The notes beneath the pieces are model-generated. The model worked only from the letters and a program-made list of their open reading frames with translations, searched no databases and had not been told where the DNA came from. 39,865 nucleotides of DNA from Seison nebaliae (lineage: Eukaryota), in assembly GCA_023231475.1 (NCBI GenBank), contig JALJEE010002520.1, positions 1-39,865 of the forward strand, written 5' to 3'. Both the position numbers and the translations under genes were made by a program. Shown piece after piece: positions 11,422 to 26,021 of this stretch; positions within the stretch are counted from its first letter, which is position 1, and every line of letters starts with the position of its first letter.

Positions 11422-12366
11422 ATGAATCAAAAACGAACTGACAGATGCAAACACGGATGTGGACCAGTTAATTTATCCGATTTATCAGTACAAGCAAGAC
11501 AAACTTCTCTCGAGGAACCAGGAGGAAGTGATTCTTCATCTGGTCATATTCTCGAACCAGATTTTCTCTTTCGACGACAGTCGGAATTAAACGAGGAAAA
11601 GACAAATACTAACAATGTCGACAATAATAAAGAGAATGAGCTGAATATTTATAATAATTTGACACTAGCACTTCCCATCGCACCTAAACCAATTAGCATT
11701 CCCATATCTGGATTAAAGAAGAATTTAGTTTGTTCTTGTTCAAGACTAAAAGAGAACGATCGTTCGACAACAAAACCATCCTGTACGATACAAAATGAAC
11801 AAGCTATAGAACATGGTTATCCTCTATCGTCTTATCGGAATGACGAGGCATCATTTATGTTAGGGAAATCGGAAGCGTCAACATCAACAACCGGTCTACG
11901 ACGAGTAATCATTTCTGATGTCAGACCCACCGATTCCTATTCATATTGGGCGGAAAAGAGTCGATCTCAAGGAACGTTCCGAGAACGGAGTCCCTACGAG
12001 CGACATATGAAGAAACGTAGTTCGAAAACATCGATTCGCAAATCGCCATCTAACCACAGCGCCATGAAGAAGAAATCAGAAAACTTTCGAAATTATTCTA
12101 GGCCGGAAAAGACCAATAAAGGCATTCTGGCCAAAAGGCCTAGTAAGAAATCGATGAAAACAACCAAATCGAAACAAAGTAGCTTAAAGGGTGGTAAGGG
12201 AAAGAATTCAAGAAGTACAACGAAAGTAAGTAAGAAGACGAGTAGAAGTAAGAAGACGAAAGGAAGTAAACGAACTGGGAAGAGTAAGAGGACTAAACCA
12301 GCCAAGAAGGGTAGAAAAAATCAGAATGGTAGTAAAAAGAGACATAAGAGGAAAAATGGCAAGTAG
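11422..12366 (+). CDS. Uncharacterised protein with a long Lys/Arg/Ser-rich basic C-terminal tail
   Basis: 314-aa intronless ATG-initiated ORF; last ~120 aa very basic and low-complexity; no recognisable globular domain. Confidence 0.7.
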   Translation: MNQKRTDRCKHGCGPVNLSDLSVQARQTSLEEPGGSDSSSGHILEPDFLFRRQSELNEEKTNTNNVDNNKENELNIYNNLTLALPIAPKPISIPISGLKKNLVCSCSRLKENDRSTTKPSCTIQNEQAIEHGYPLSSYRNDEASFMLGKSEASTSTTGLRRVIISDVRPTDSYSYWAEKSRSQGTFRERSPYERHMKKRSSKTSIRKSPSNHSAMKKKSENFRNYSRPEKTNKGILAKRPSKKSMKTTKSKQSSLKGGKGKNSRSTTKVSKKTSRSKKTKGSKRTGKSKRTKPAKKGRKNQNGSKKRHKRKNGK

Positions 12367-13478
12367 GAAAAGATGGGAAATTGCAGGGAATAGTAATTAA
12401 AATTATCATTTCTCCAAAAAGTTTATATCACAATTAAAATAATTATCTATCTCTATCCCATCCGCATTATTTATTATCATCATCAAATGGTTTTATGAGA
12501 AATTGAATTTTCATTAAACTATTTTTTACAAAAGAAAAATAGTGAGATCAAACAACTCAAAAAAAAATAACATATATCAGCTCTTTTACTCAACATGTTC
12601 CTGATGATTAATGATCGTTAGATATGGGAAGTTATTCGATATGAAGGAATGGAAAGGAGGTATGAGAGGAAGATGCAACTATTCCCATTGTACGGTCAAT
12701 TAAAGTAGGGATTGAATTATTTAAAAAAATGTGGAATTTTATTACGGACATCAGTTCTAGAATGTTCTCGGATGAGTCATAAATGAACATTAATTAAATG
12801 TAAATTTACAAGAGGAAATTAGGAATGTAAATTTAGTTTAATGCATATATGGAATGAGAAGGTTGGCGAATGGATTGAACTCTACTAACTAACTCTCCTA
12901 ATGTATGAAAAGAGGATGATGATGGTGATGATGATATTGATGATGATTCATATTCTTCGAAATGAAAAAGAAACATTATTTTAATGAATCTATAAGCGAT
13001 TGATGATAATTTGTCGGAATTCAAATGATGTGCAACAGTTTTCCTTTCCGGTTCTCTGTTTTCGTCCAAACTTCATTTGAATAATTCTGATGATGAAAGA
13101 ACGTACGTTGATGAGTTGAATGGTGTACAAATCAAAATGATGATATGTCGAGGTCATCTGTAGGATGAATTGGGATTTATATAAGCAGAGATTCTTCTTT
13201 AACTCATCAGACTTAGAATTAACTTTAAAATCATTTCCTAGTCCTTCTTTCTTTCCACGCCAATTTCTCATCATTAACACAAACCATAACATAAACTGCA
13301 CGTCTGCTGTTAAGAGTATTAACTGTTAACTCCATTAAACGGTGAACAATGCAACAACTCTTCATCTTTTTTTCCACTATAAATCTGAAAGGAATGAAAG
13401 ATTTTTGGTACTGTAAGAAAATCATTTTGTGAAACTTCTAACCAACATTCTCTTCTTTTAGACACAGATTCTATTATT

Positions 13479-14041
13479 ATGGCAGCTAAAAAAGTCAAGA
13501 GAGTTCCCGAATTGGAAGCGGAAGCACAAGCTTGGATCGAATCAGTAACTGGTGACAAATTCCCACCAGGTCTTTACGAAGACGCTCTCAAGGATGGAGT
13601 TATTCTTTGCAAACTCGTAAATAAACTCCAGCCAGGAGCAATTAGTGGAATTAAATCGAAAGGAACATCGTTCGCTTTACGTGAAAACATCACGAAATTT
13701 GCAGACGCCATTCGCAAATATGGAGTGCCCGACTCAGAAATTTTTCAAACTGTCGATCTTTTCGAGAAGCGCAACCTGGCACAAGTCACTATAACATTGT
13801 TTGCGCTCGGTAGAATTGTTAGTAGATTTTATGAATTATTCATTTTCATTCATTGGAATAGGCTCAAAAGAATGGATTTAATGGACCAACGTTGGGACCG
13901 AAAATGAGCGAAGGCGAAAAACGAGACTGGAATGAAGAAGAGTTACGTGCAATTCGTGACGGATGTATAGGATTGCAAGCTGGTACCAACACTGGAGCAT
14001 CACAAGCCGGTCAAAACTTCGGATTGTCACGTCACATGTAA
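13479..14041 (+). CDS. Muscle protein 20 / myophilin / transgelin-like (CH domain + calponin repeat); exons 13479-13817, 13862-14041
   Basis: ALKDGVILCKLVNKLQPG, FQTVDLFEKRNLAQVTITLFALGR, LGPK, calponin repeat IGLQAGTNTGASQAGQNFGLSRHM. Confidence 0.93.
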
Positions 14042-14699
14042 TAGATTAGAATTATTTGATTGATAGTAATTCTTTCTGCTATATCTCAAACTGAAATAAG
14101 AAAAACTGGAGATGAAAATTAAATTAAAAGAAATTTTCATTATTCAAACGTATCTTTGTCCCTTCAAACTTCTATTAATAAAATTATCTTATTAGTTGAT
14201 TTCCTCCATAATTAATTGTTCTCTTAAAATTTAAAATGTTTCTCAAAAATAATATATTAAATATGTATATATAATATATATATATAAATTCATCAATATA
14301 TTGTTCTCTTGTATGTTTCCTTCGTTGTAATCGTCGTCACTAAAAGAACACAGACAATCTTCGTTTTCTCGTTATTGTCGAGACAATTTTGTTTAGACAA
14401 TATTATCTAACACTAATATTGTAAGACAAGAAAGAAATTTAGAATCTAAAAGATAGTTTTGTTTAAAAAACGCAATTTTAAGTGAAGTTCAACATTCAAC
14501 TAGAAGATAATATTATCCAAAAAAATTATTTGAACAATTACGAGAAAAACGAGAATATCAAATTTTCAATTGTTCTTTCATTGAAGACTATTTTTTTTAA
14601 AAAATCATTAAACGAATAGAACAATAAGAGAAGAATTATTTGTTAGAACAATTCCGAATGAAAGGAATGAATATTTACGAAATTCATTAACTTATAAGT

Positions 14700-14786
14700 G
14701 CCCGCATGAGCTTCGGTGGTCCGGAGTGCAGGCTTCAAACCTGTAGCCGTTTAAAGACGGAGGAGTTCGATTCTTCCTTGTGGGTG
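14700..14786 (+). tRNA. tRNA-Sec (anticodon UCA)
   Basis: 87 nt; long acceptor stem, 6-bp D stem CTTCGG/CCGGAG with TGGT loop, GCAGG-CTTCAAA-CCTGT (TCA at 14735-14737), long variable arm CCGTT/GACGG, 4-bp T stem, G discriminator, followed by an oligo-T terminator; matches the eukaryotic 9/4 tRNA-Sec pattern. Confidence 0.97.
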
Positions 14787-15069
14787 AATTTTTTTTCTTC
14801 AAAATCTTTTCAACACTGACGTTTGTAATGTTGAGTGGTGTATTAATGGAAAAAAACTACGATAAACATCTATTTTTATCGATTTAATAATCTTTCCATC
14901 AATTGTCGATAATAAGCTTCATCCTTTTCGATTTTTTTTTTAATTTTTAAAAATCTTTAGAAACTTTTCTCTTTGACCAACCAGCGATAATGAGTAACGA
15001 GAATAATAATAATTAGATAAAATGATAATATGATATGAAAAATTCAAATGATAAACTCTTTTTTTTTAC

Positions 15070-16447
15070 TTAAATGTTAAAAAGAAAATTTACGGAAATA
15101 AAATGAAATTTTTGTTTGGTTGGTAAATCGTACCAGAAACTGACACAAACTAAATCGATAGATTCATATTTCAATTCTTTCATTTTCCTTGTATTGATAT
15201 CGATTAGTGTTGAGTTGAATGTGATAATAGACGAATAATCATCATAGAACTCATTTAATTTCCATTTAATTTTATTTTCATTCCTTTTTATCATATCTGT
15301 TTCATCTAATTCGAACTGTACGAGTGAACAATTTAATTGAATGTTCGATAAGTTACCCTTAGATTTGAATTGAATGATTTCAATTGAATCCATTCTTTCA
15401 ATGACTTTCCAATCGCTAATTTTATAAATTGAAGTTATTGATGTATCGTAGACATCTAGAAAAAGATTAGTGAAGGATGAAGATGAATAACAGAAAGATA
15501 ACAAGTATAATGATTGGTAACGAGAATTTCATTCGATTCTTTCTTCGATCCATCAACGACAATAACATAACTTAAATTATCGGTATCTTTAGAATTAGGT
15601 TCGTTTAATGGGAAAGTGGATTGATTGAAATTCAAATTCTTTTCTAAAAATTCCTTCTCATAACTCTCGAAATCGTTCAAATAAGTTCTTGTCACATAGA
15701 GATTATCCGAATTTATTTTTGCTAATAATTCACATTCTATTTCTACTGGATTTCCCACCTTCGGGATCGTCTCCACCAACAAATTTTTATAAATTTCATA
15801 AATTCGAACAAATTCACATTTCTCATCTTCTTCAACTACTTCGCTTATTTGAAATTGTTTCACTTTCGTCAATTCAATTCTCAACATTTCCTTCATATCA
15901 ATTTCCTTCTTATCTGGTTCGATGACAATTCGGAAATCCGTGAATATTCCACGAACAAAAATTATCATCAACTCATCTCCGTTTTGAATTAGCGGAATTT
16001 TTGGAATTTTAACGTTTCCATACAAATGGTCGAATGTATCGATCAAACGAACAATTGATAGTGATTGACAAGATTGTTGAATATAACTTGTAAATGTGAT
16101 TAAAGAATTTTGAAGGAATTGAAATTAACCTAATTTCCAAATATGAATTAATTCCATCACTACTATCACTACTATTTTCCAATTTCCTTAAAATTATGTC
16201 AATTGAGACATAATTGAATTTATTAACATCTCCAATTCGTATCGTCCATTCGACAGTACAATTCCTAAAGAATAGTTGATGGAAAATAATGTGGTATGGA
16301 AACGAGTCGAAACTTCTCAATTGGAGAGCAAGAAATATTGGTGTTGTTTAAAGTAATTGAATTATCTATTTCTATTTCATATTTCTCTCTCAATTCATTC
16401 CCATTAATCAGAAGAATTAACAAGAAAACCAACAAGAACAATTTCAT
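15070..16447 (-). CDS. Uncharacterised secreted or cell-surface protein (beta-rich, possibly CUB-like); at least 4 exons, 3' end uncertain
   Basis: Signal peptide MKLFLLVFLLILLING; ORFs 16265-16447, 16009-16320, 15456-16046 and 15070-15504 join in frame via GTT..AG introns; NCTVEWTI resembles a CUB start. Confidence 0.6.
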
Positions 16448-17621
16448 TATTAAACATTATTTTTAATCGATAAAGTTGTCTATTTGGGATGTGGACGATC
16501 CATGATATCTCTTCTTCCATGACGTCATTATAATCGTCTAAAAATCACCAACAACTAATTTGTTAGAAATTTATTTTAATTTTCTAATTGAGACAAAATG
16601 AAAGAAAATTTCGATGAAAACGATTATTGAATTTTACGTTTCGAATATAAGATCGATATAAAATAAATATATATAAAAGAAAAATAAATATAATTCAATA
16701 ATATTTCTATTGAATTTCTTCAAAAATATTTTTATTTTAATTCTTTATTTGTTTCAACATCATTCCAAATCATCATCTGTCACATACTTGAATTTCCGTT
16801 ATTAACTTTATTCGTGTGATTTAACTTTTATGGATTTAATATACTGAAAAATACTACATGAAAATTAGGTGAAAGAATAATAGAAATGATGGAATAGCAA
16901 ATGCTAGATTTTGTTTTTTATTAAAATGAATCATCCAAAAAAAATATTGAAACGAAATAGGAGTGTTCACGAAAAGATCGAAAATTTAGTTGAAATGGCT
17001 CAAATGTTCGAGAGACATTCGCAAAACTGTACTAATTTTGTCTGAATCGAAATGATTTGAAAGAGTAGAAATCGAAAGTTGCATTCCCATTATAAGTAGA
17101 AGAAATAATATGAACAAATTAACAGTCAATAAAAGAAGAAACACTTAATGACATAAATAAAATGGATTGAAGTGAGAATGGAATAATTTTCATATAAAGA
17201 AGTTTTCAGCCATTGGTGGTTTATTCCTCTGAACAGTTCATTGAATATTGAACGACAATCTAAAAACGAGAAAAATCCATTAGTTTACTGTCCTTTGTTA
17301 TTTCCTTTCACATTCCATGACAATATCACAAAGAAAGGAGTTCATTCAAAAAATTTTTTTTTCCATTTCCAGAAGACAAATTGAAGACGAAAATATCGGA
17401 TAATTGCCGTGTAAATTAATGATAACAGATTGGAAGCGTGAATACAGTGAGTGACAAAGAATTAAGCAGAAGTTTAAAGAAATTAAATTACCCAAAGGAA
17501 ATTTGGATAACTATCTTCCTCTCTTTCGTCGCTTTTTACGAACTAAACTACAAAAAATCTTTTTTTTTATACAAGAGGAAGACAGTTGATGGCGGTGCTT
17601 TGGAGTGAAATTTATCTTATT

Positions 17622-19918
17622 TCAATTTAGTTTTCTGCTTCTCACCAATTTCTGTCCGATAATCTAAAGAAATAATTTTCTTATTATTAAGCCATTTCCC
17701 TAACCAACACAAACACACACACACACACACTCACACACACACACACACAGAACTTAATCTTTCTTTCTCTTTCATTATCTCTCTTCTTTCTCGTTCGAAT
17801 TGAATGTGGATAGACGAACCTCTCCATTTGAATTGTATAAAAACGTATCGAATTTCTCGCCAGTTGGCCATCTTTCCTTCTTCCATTTAATAATTCCCAT
17901 ATCAGGACTATGAATGATCTCCGTGTTGAAACTCCAAATCTATATTGAGAATTCCATAAAATTTTCATGAAAATCAAATAACTAACGGCAATAACGGAAA
18001 GTGCTCGAAGAATAGTATTTTTTTTGAAATGATATGTACAAGTTTCTCCGTTAGCTTCTCGCTTCAAACTCCATTGACCGATGGCTATATCCTAAATAGA
18101 TGGTAGAGAAATGAAATGAATGAAAAAAGAATGAACATCATTAGTTTTATTTTTAATTCGGATGAAATCACCATCGATATCCATGTCATCAATATCGACA
18201 CCACATGAACTATCAACAACGGTCGAAATTGATTTAGCCATTTGTGAAGACGAGAATTTCGAATTGTTAACAACAGATCGATTGATGGTGGATGAAAGAA
18301 TGGGATTGAAACCATCATTAGCATCATTCAATGTATCTTGTTCTTCATCATTTAATCGTTTCCTTTTATATGACTAAAAGAAAAAAAAAGATTCATTTTC
18401 TTCTTCTATATTATTCCTATCAACTAACTCTACTTCTCGTTGTTAATTCATTGAAAGAAGTGGTCGTACCACTTTGAAGTTTATTAGCATCATCATCATC
18501 ATTTTCGACTACGACTTCCTCTTCCAACAAAATTTCATCACTTGTTTCCGTCGCATCTGAATGAGAAGTTAAAGAATAGATTCATTATGAATAGATTGTT
18601 ATTCAAATCAATTGAAACTTTTGACGAGTGATTGATAAATACTAATTCCATGATCATATTCTTGACGATATCGATTGAAGAGAATTTCTAATTCTTCCAA
18701 TTCCACAATCCTCTTCGCCATCCTCAAATTCTCACTTTCGATTTGTTCGATTCGGAATTTACAATCAATTTCTTTCTCCGCCAATTGTCTATTCAATTCG
18801 TCATTCATTTTACGTAAGTCATCGATCTCACGTCGTAATCTATTGTCATTTTCATTCCGAACCATTTTCGACGATTGACTTCGATGAAGTTTCGATTGTA
18901 ATTTAATCATATCACTTTTCGCCTCATCCAATTGCTCTTTCATATTATTTTTCAATTCTTTCTCCTTATTGAAACGTAACTCATAATCGCGATTTAATTG
19001 CAAGGTAATTTCTCGTCGTAATTTGGCGATTTCCGATTGGAAATATCCTTCTTGTTCTTGTCGAATAATCTTCTTTGTCGATCGATTCATTTCTGTTAAT
19101 GAGATCTCATTCGTATCTTTCAACAAATTAATTTCTTCTCTCATTGAAACGAGTGCATTTTCTGCTACAACTTTTTTATGTCGTTCGCTCAACAATTCTT
19201 CATTTAATCGATCGATTTGTGATTTCTGATCTTCCCAATGTTCTTTCTCCGAATTGAGCACGTTCAATTTCATTTCGAAACTTTTCGTCTTTCTTTCACT
19301 CACTTCCAATTTGTCAACTAACATTCGATTCCGTTGTTCGAGATCTCTATTCGTTTCTTCTAATTCGTCCTGTTTCCGTAACAATTCCTCATTTTCCAAC
19401 GTCAATTTCGCTTTATCATTCGCCAATTCATCTGCCATTAACTTTGTACAATGAATCTCTCCCATAAATCGACTGGTCAATTCGGATTTGATGGTCTGTG
19501 CTCCATCCGCTCGATCTTTCTCTCTCGCTCTCAATAATCGAACTTCCGCCACCAATGCATTATGTCGATCAACCAACTTTGCACATTGTGTATTACAATC
19601 GTCAATTTTATCCGCATCAGGATTTTGTAATGCATCACTCAAACTCTTCTCATATTTCTCAGCTACGATGAACGAGGATGATATTCTTGATCCATGCGAT
19701 TGACCATTATCATTTCGTTCACTATTTCCATTTCCTTCATCTGGTGCTTCCAAATCACCTTCAGTTCCAATTGCTCGAAAAAAATTGAACATTACAACCA
19801 AACAGATAAATCTTTCAGGAAAAATATTGAAGAAAAAAAATTTTTGAAAAAACTATTTCGCTTGCGGAAAATAAATCGACCCTTTCAATAAAAAAAGAAA
19901 ACGGTTCATCTCAGACAT
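17622..19918 (-). CDS. Divergent nuclear lamin / lamin-type intermediate filament protein; exons 19903-19918, 18619-19773, 18429-18556, 18137-18373, 17987-18091, 17820-17939, 17622-17663
   Basis: Long coiled-coil rod ending EYDHGISIYQSLV; KRKR NLS; lamin-tail Ig fold VDIDDMDIDGDFIRIKNKTNDDIAIGQWSLKR...YHFKKNTILRALSVIAIWS...LYNSNGEIIGQKLVRS. Confidence 0.85.
17713..17748. repeat. (CA)n microsatellite in the last lamin intron
   Basis: ACAC run interrupted once by TC. Confidence 0.9.
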
Positions 19919-21574
19919 TGGAGAGTGGCTATGTGTACAGTGTACATCGTCATTCCTAATGAAAAAAGAAGTACATTGTACAAGAACTTCTAGTTGCATT
20001 ACATATGACACGAAAAAAGAACGATTGGAGTGAAGATACAAATCTTCTCATACGCAGAGAGATGAATGAATTCGTTTTATTTCTTTCTTATTTCTACATG
20101 CGTATATTTGATTTCTTCTTATTTTATATGTCCAGAAATGATGTAGAAATGCATTTAATGGTCATTTACATATTTTTCACATTTTCTCTAATTCCTCAAC
20201 TTTTTTTTGGAAATTCAACTTTCAAATTTTAAGCTTTAATCTTTCTCCTTTTCGTAATATTATTAGGAAATTACGCATTCTCATCGTACATGCACTTAAT
20301 TATTTATAGTTTTATGTCCTTTAGATAAATGTATAATGAGAATAATCAATCATCCATTTTAGAATGTGATCGACGTCCGTGAGATATTTATTATATCAAC
20401 TTCTTCGCCTTTTGAAGGGAGGAAAAAAATCTTGTTAAATTATCGAAAGTATTTTTATTGATGAATTAAAACTTTTATAGTTCCTTCCACATATTTCTCC
20501 ATTAATTATTCGTTTATAATTATTATTAATATTTATTATCAAAATTCCCGTCAAATATATTAAAATTCCCATATATTATCAAAATTAAACTTGTTATTAG
20601 AAGAACTTTCTCCATTCACTTCTAAAAATCACAATTAGATACTTCTGCTAAATCATTATCCAACTAAACTCATGGAAACTTTATCCTCATACACCTCCTA
20701 TTGGACATGCATGCTCTTCTAATTATTAAAAATCTTCCGAAATATTGGGAAAAACTTAATTAATTAATTTTTTCTTTTCGATTAAAATAATTAGAGTTTT
20801 TCATTCAATTATAACAAATAAAATTTAAATTTGCACACTTTTATAATAATGTTTGTTTTCAAATAAATTTTTGAAAATTTCTGATTCTTCAAAATTTTGT
20901 TTTGACCCGTATTTGGAAGAGTCGAAAAATCGAAAAGAACATTTTGAACTAGAAGAACTAATAGCAATTTTTAGATTTTAGATTTTAAAATTGGTTTAAT
21001 TTAAAAGAAATTGAAGGAGTTAAATTGGTGGATTGATGAAAGGGAAGATTAAATGGAAAGAAAATTCTTTAAAAAAAAAGTGAAGTTGGGTGTATAAATA
21101 ACTAATTAGTTTGTGTTTGTGCATAAGAAATGGATGTGAGATGTATAATAGAAGTATTTTGGAGAAGAGATGGTAAGTGATGATGAGGTTGATGAAACGG
21201 AAGCGAAGATTTGATGTTATTTTTCCTACATTCCTCTTTCCGTTCAATTTAACTTCGTTTATTCGAGGTACGTTTATTGAAAATAATGATAAGAAGTTGC
21301 GTTTGGGGAATTGCTCTTTTTAAAAGATGAGGTTCCTCATCTCTCATCGACGAATGGTCTATAGCTCAAAGGAATAAATAAACGACTTATATATGGATTT
21401 ACATTCATCTTATACGTCTATATCCCGAAGACGTTTGAAGTAGTGACGGTGATAAATGATTTATGTTTCTTCCCAGTACTAAATAATCATTCCCTTCTTT
21501 CAACTTCTACTAAACTTATTCGATTCATCCATAACACATTTGATCGGTTTTAATTGGAAAAATTAAAAAATTAT

Positions 21575-23961
<2,387 letters not shown>

Positions 23962-24606
23962 ATTTTTAGTAATTCTATCAATCTCCGATTTCCGTTGAGA
24001 GGAATAAGAAAAAAAAAAGTTTTGATAAAAAATTCGAAAAAAAAATTTCTTTTACCATTTTTACCAGAAAATTAATGTTTTCTCCATTAAAATTTTTCCG
24101 TTTTTTTTTAGCTGTAAGTAAATCGTATCAATGATAGTTGGTGAATCGATTGCACATAATATTGAATGTTTTTCTTTTTTTCATTCTCATCATCATCAAT
24201 TGCCTTAATGTTCATATAATTTTTTTAGTTTCGTTGGTCTTTCTCAAGGAAAGTTTGATTTGAAAGAATGATAGATGAGTGTCGACTCATTATGTTTATT
24301 AATAATCTATTTCTCTTCTTGAAAGAAAATAATAAAAACGATGATTCTCTTTCTTTGCAAATTATTTTCAAAACAATCTCTTTAACGGAATGAGAACTCG
24401 ATTCTCTTAGAAATCGATGACACAATGCCATTTTCTTTTAGTTTGACATGGGAAATAATTTACGTTTCGTACGAAATGTGCATTTGCCATATGGAATTTA
24501 AAATAATGTTGAAGAAGTAAACTGGCGAACTAAAGAATTTGTGTACAAGGCATTGTGTAAAAGGGAAAATGGATTTTTTTCAGATAAGAAAACCATTTAT
24601 TCAACA

Positions 24607-24620
24607 GTTGTCATGGAAAC
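24607..24620. promoter_or_regulatory. RFX X-box motif GTTGTCATGGAAAC
   Basis: Matches GTNNCCATRGNAAC-type X-box pattern (one position differs from the common GTTGCCATGGAAAC); lies between the two DAPK halves. Confidence 0.4.
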
Positions 24621-25126
24621 GGCATTTATCATTATTTTTTCTCGAAAAATAAATTCAATACCTTTATATCGATAGATTTGTCATATATATCGAAATTTTG
24701 TGTTGATGAAGATAAAGTGACATGAATAAGAAAATAAAGGGAGAAAAAAATTTGTTTTACTTCTAAACTTTATTTCTAGTTACCGATTGCTATCATAATC
24801 TTATGGAATGTAATGTTTTTGAGATAGTCCATTTATTGGTTGTTATAATAGAAAGTTTTGTTCGATGGTAGTTCGAATTCGATCCGTCTAATCTGAAAAG
24901 GGAAAATAAAAAGTGTTTCTCGGATATGTTTGAGGGTTGTTAAGATGAGAGATGGAAAGTATAAGGAGAAACAATGAAATTGAAAATAAGAAGTTTTTCA
25001 TAATCGATAAATAAAATTCTCGTTTATTTCATTCTTGTAAAAGTTGGTTCGTTTAGATGAAACAATAATATTTGTTGTCATTCCACCACTATTCCGATAC
25101 AGATGGTGAACGACTTACGTTAGTGT

Positions 25127-25154
25127 TAGTGTGTATCTGTGTGTGTGTGAGAGA

Positions 25155-25184
<30 letters not shown>
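25127..25184. repeat. (TG)n microsatellite cluster
   Basis: Interrupted GT dinucleotide runs. Confidence 0.9.
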
Positions 25185-25187
<3 letters not shown>

Positions 25188-26021
25188 GAAGAAATGAGTC
25201 GATATGAGTCATTAGATTTTCTCTTCGAGTATTCGATTTCAAAAGGAATAATGAATAAATTGAAATATGTGGAATATTATCAGAATCATGTATACAGAAG
25301 AATAATTTTCGCATTCGATTTCACTTTCATTCTCCCGTCATATTGATGAGCGTGGAGATTTGGAAACGTCGTTCTTCTTCACACAACTTCTCGTTCTAGT
25401 ACTTAAGGTGTGCTAGTTGGTAAGCGAGAAATAGGTAAAGAGAAATTTGTTTCATTTCTATTTTGTGTATGAACAATCGCCATTACGTTTGTCGTTACCA
25501 TTATCATGGTAAAGGAATTATTTTTATATGTTTAATAAAAATCTTTCCCGTTTACCTTCTTCATTCTATCGAGCGAGAACAATGATGGATGAATGGAAGA
25601 AGAATAGAGAGAGGGAGAGAGAGAGAGAATGGGAAAACATTATAATGATAAATTATTTTGGGGATCGTTAATGTTAAATGATCGTTAGGAATGAAGACAT
25701 TGATGAGATGATTCATTTTGAACGTCTGTGAATTGGTGGCGAATAGTATTGGTTAGTGGCAGGAGAAAGAGGAAATGATTTCGAAAAATATTTTTAGAAT
25801 CGAGAAAAATTATCGATGATTGACATCGAATTAATCAATAAATTTCATATATTATTATATATCTGTTTAATTTATCGATATATCGAAATCGAACGGAATA
25901 GAGAGTGGAAGAGAAATTGGAAGAATTCCTTCGTTTCTTTTTATTTTCCTGAAAAAAAAATATAGAAGAAACTACACCTTTTCACCTGAAGAGAGAGCAA
26001 GAGAGAGAAGAGAATTAATTC

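Noticed and set aside
12833..13558. Short minus-strand ORFs upstream of and overlapping Mp20
   Set aside because: No recognisable motifs or consistent splice pattern; likely non-coding.
14940..15070. In-frame TGA before a TM-like stretch (IFHIILSFYLIIIILV) next to tRNA-Sec, suggesting a selenoprotein or readthrough
   Set aside because: No convincing SECIS (no GA quartet with a proper helix) and no redox motif; an ordinary stop or a homopolymer indel explains it. The 3' end of this gene remains unresolved.
25126..25346. ORFs with CVCV / HTHT runs
   Set aside because: Translations of the (TG)n microsatellite.
25798..25932. Open stretch NREKLSMIDIELINKF...EWKRNWKNSF as an alternative CaM-binding exon of DAPK
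   Set aside because: Similarity is weak, composition is intron-like, and spacing does not match the DAPK CaM segment.
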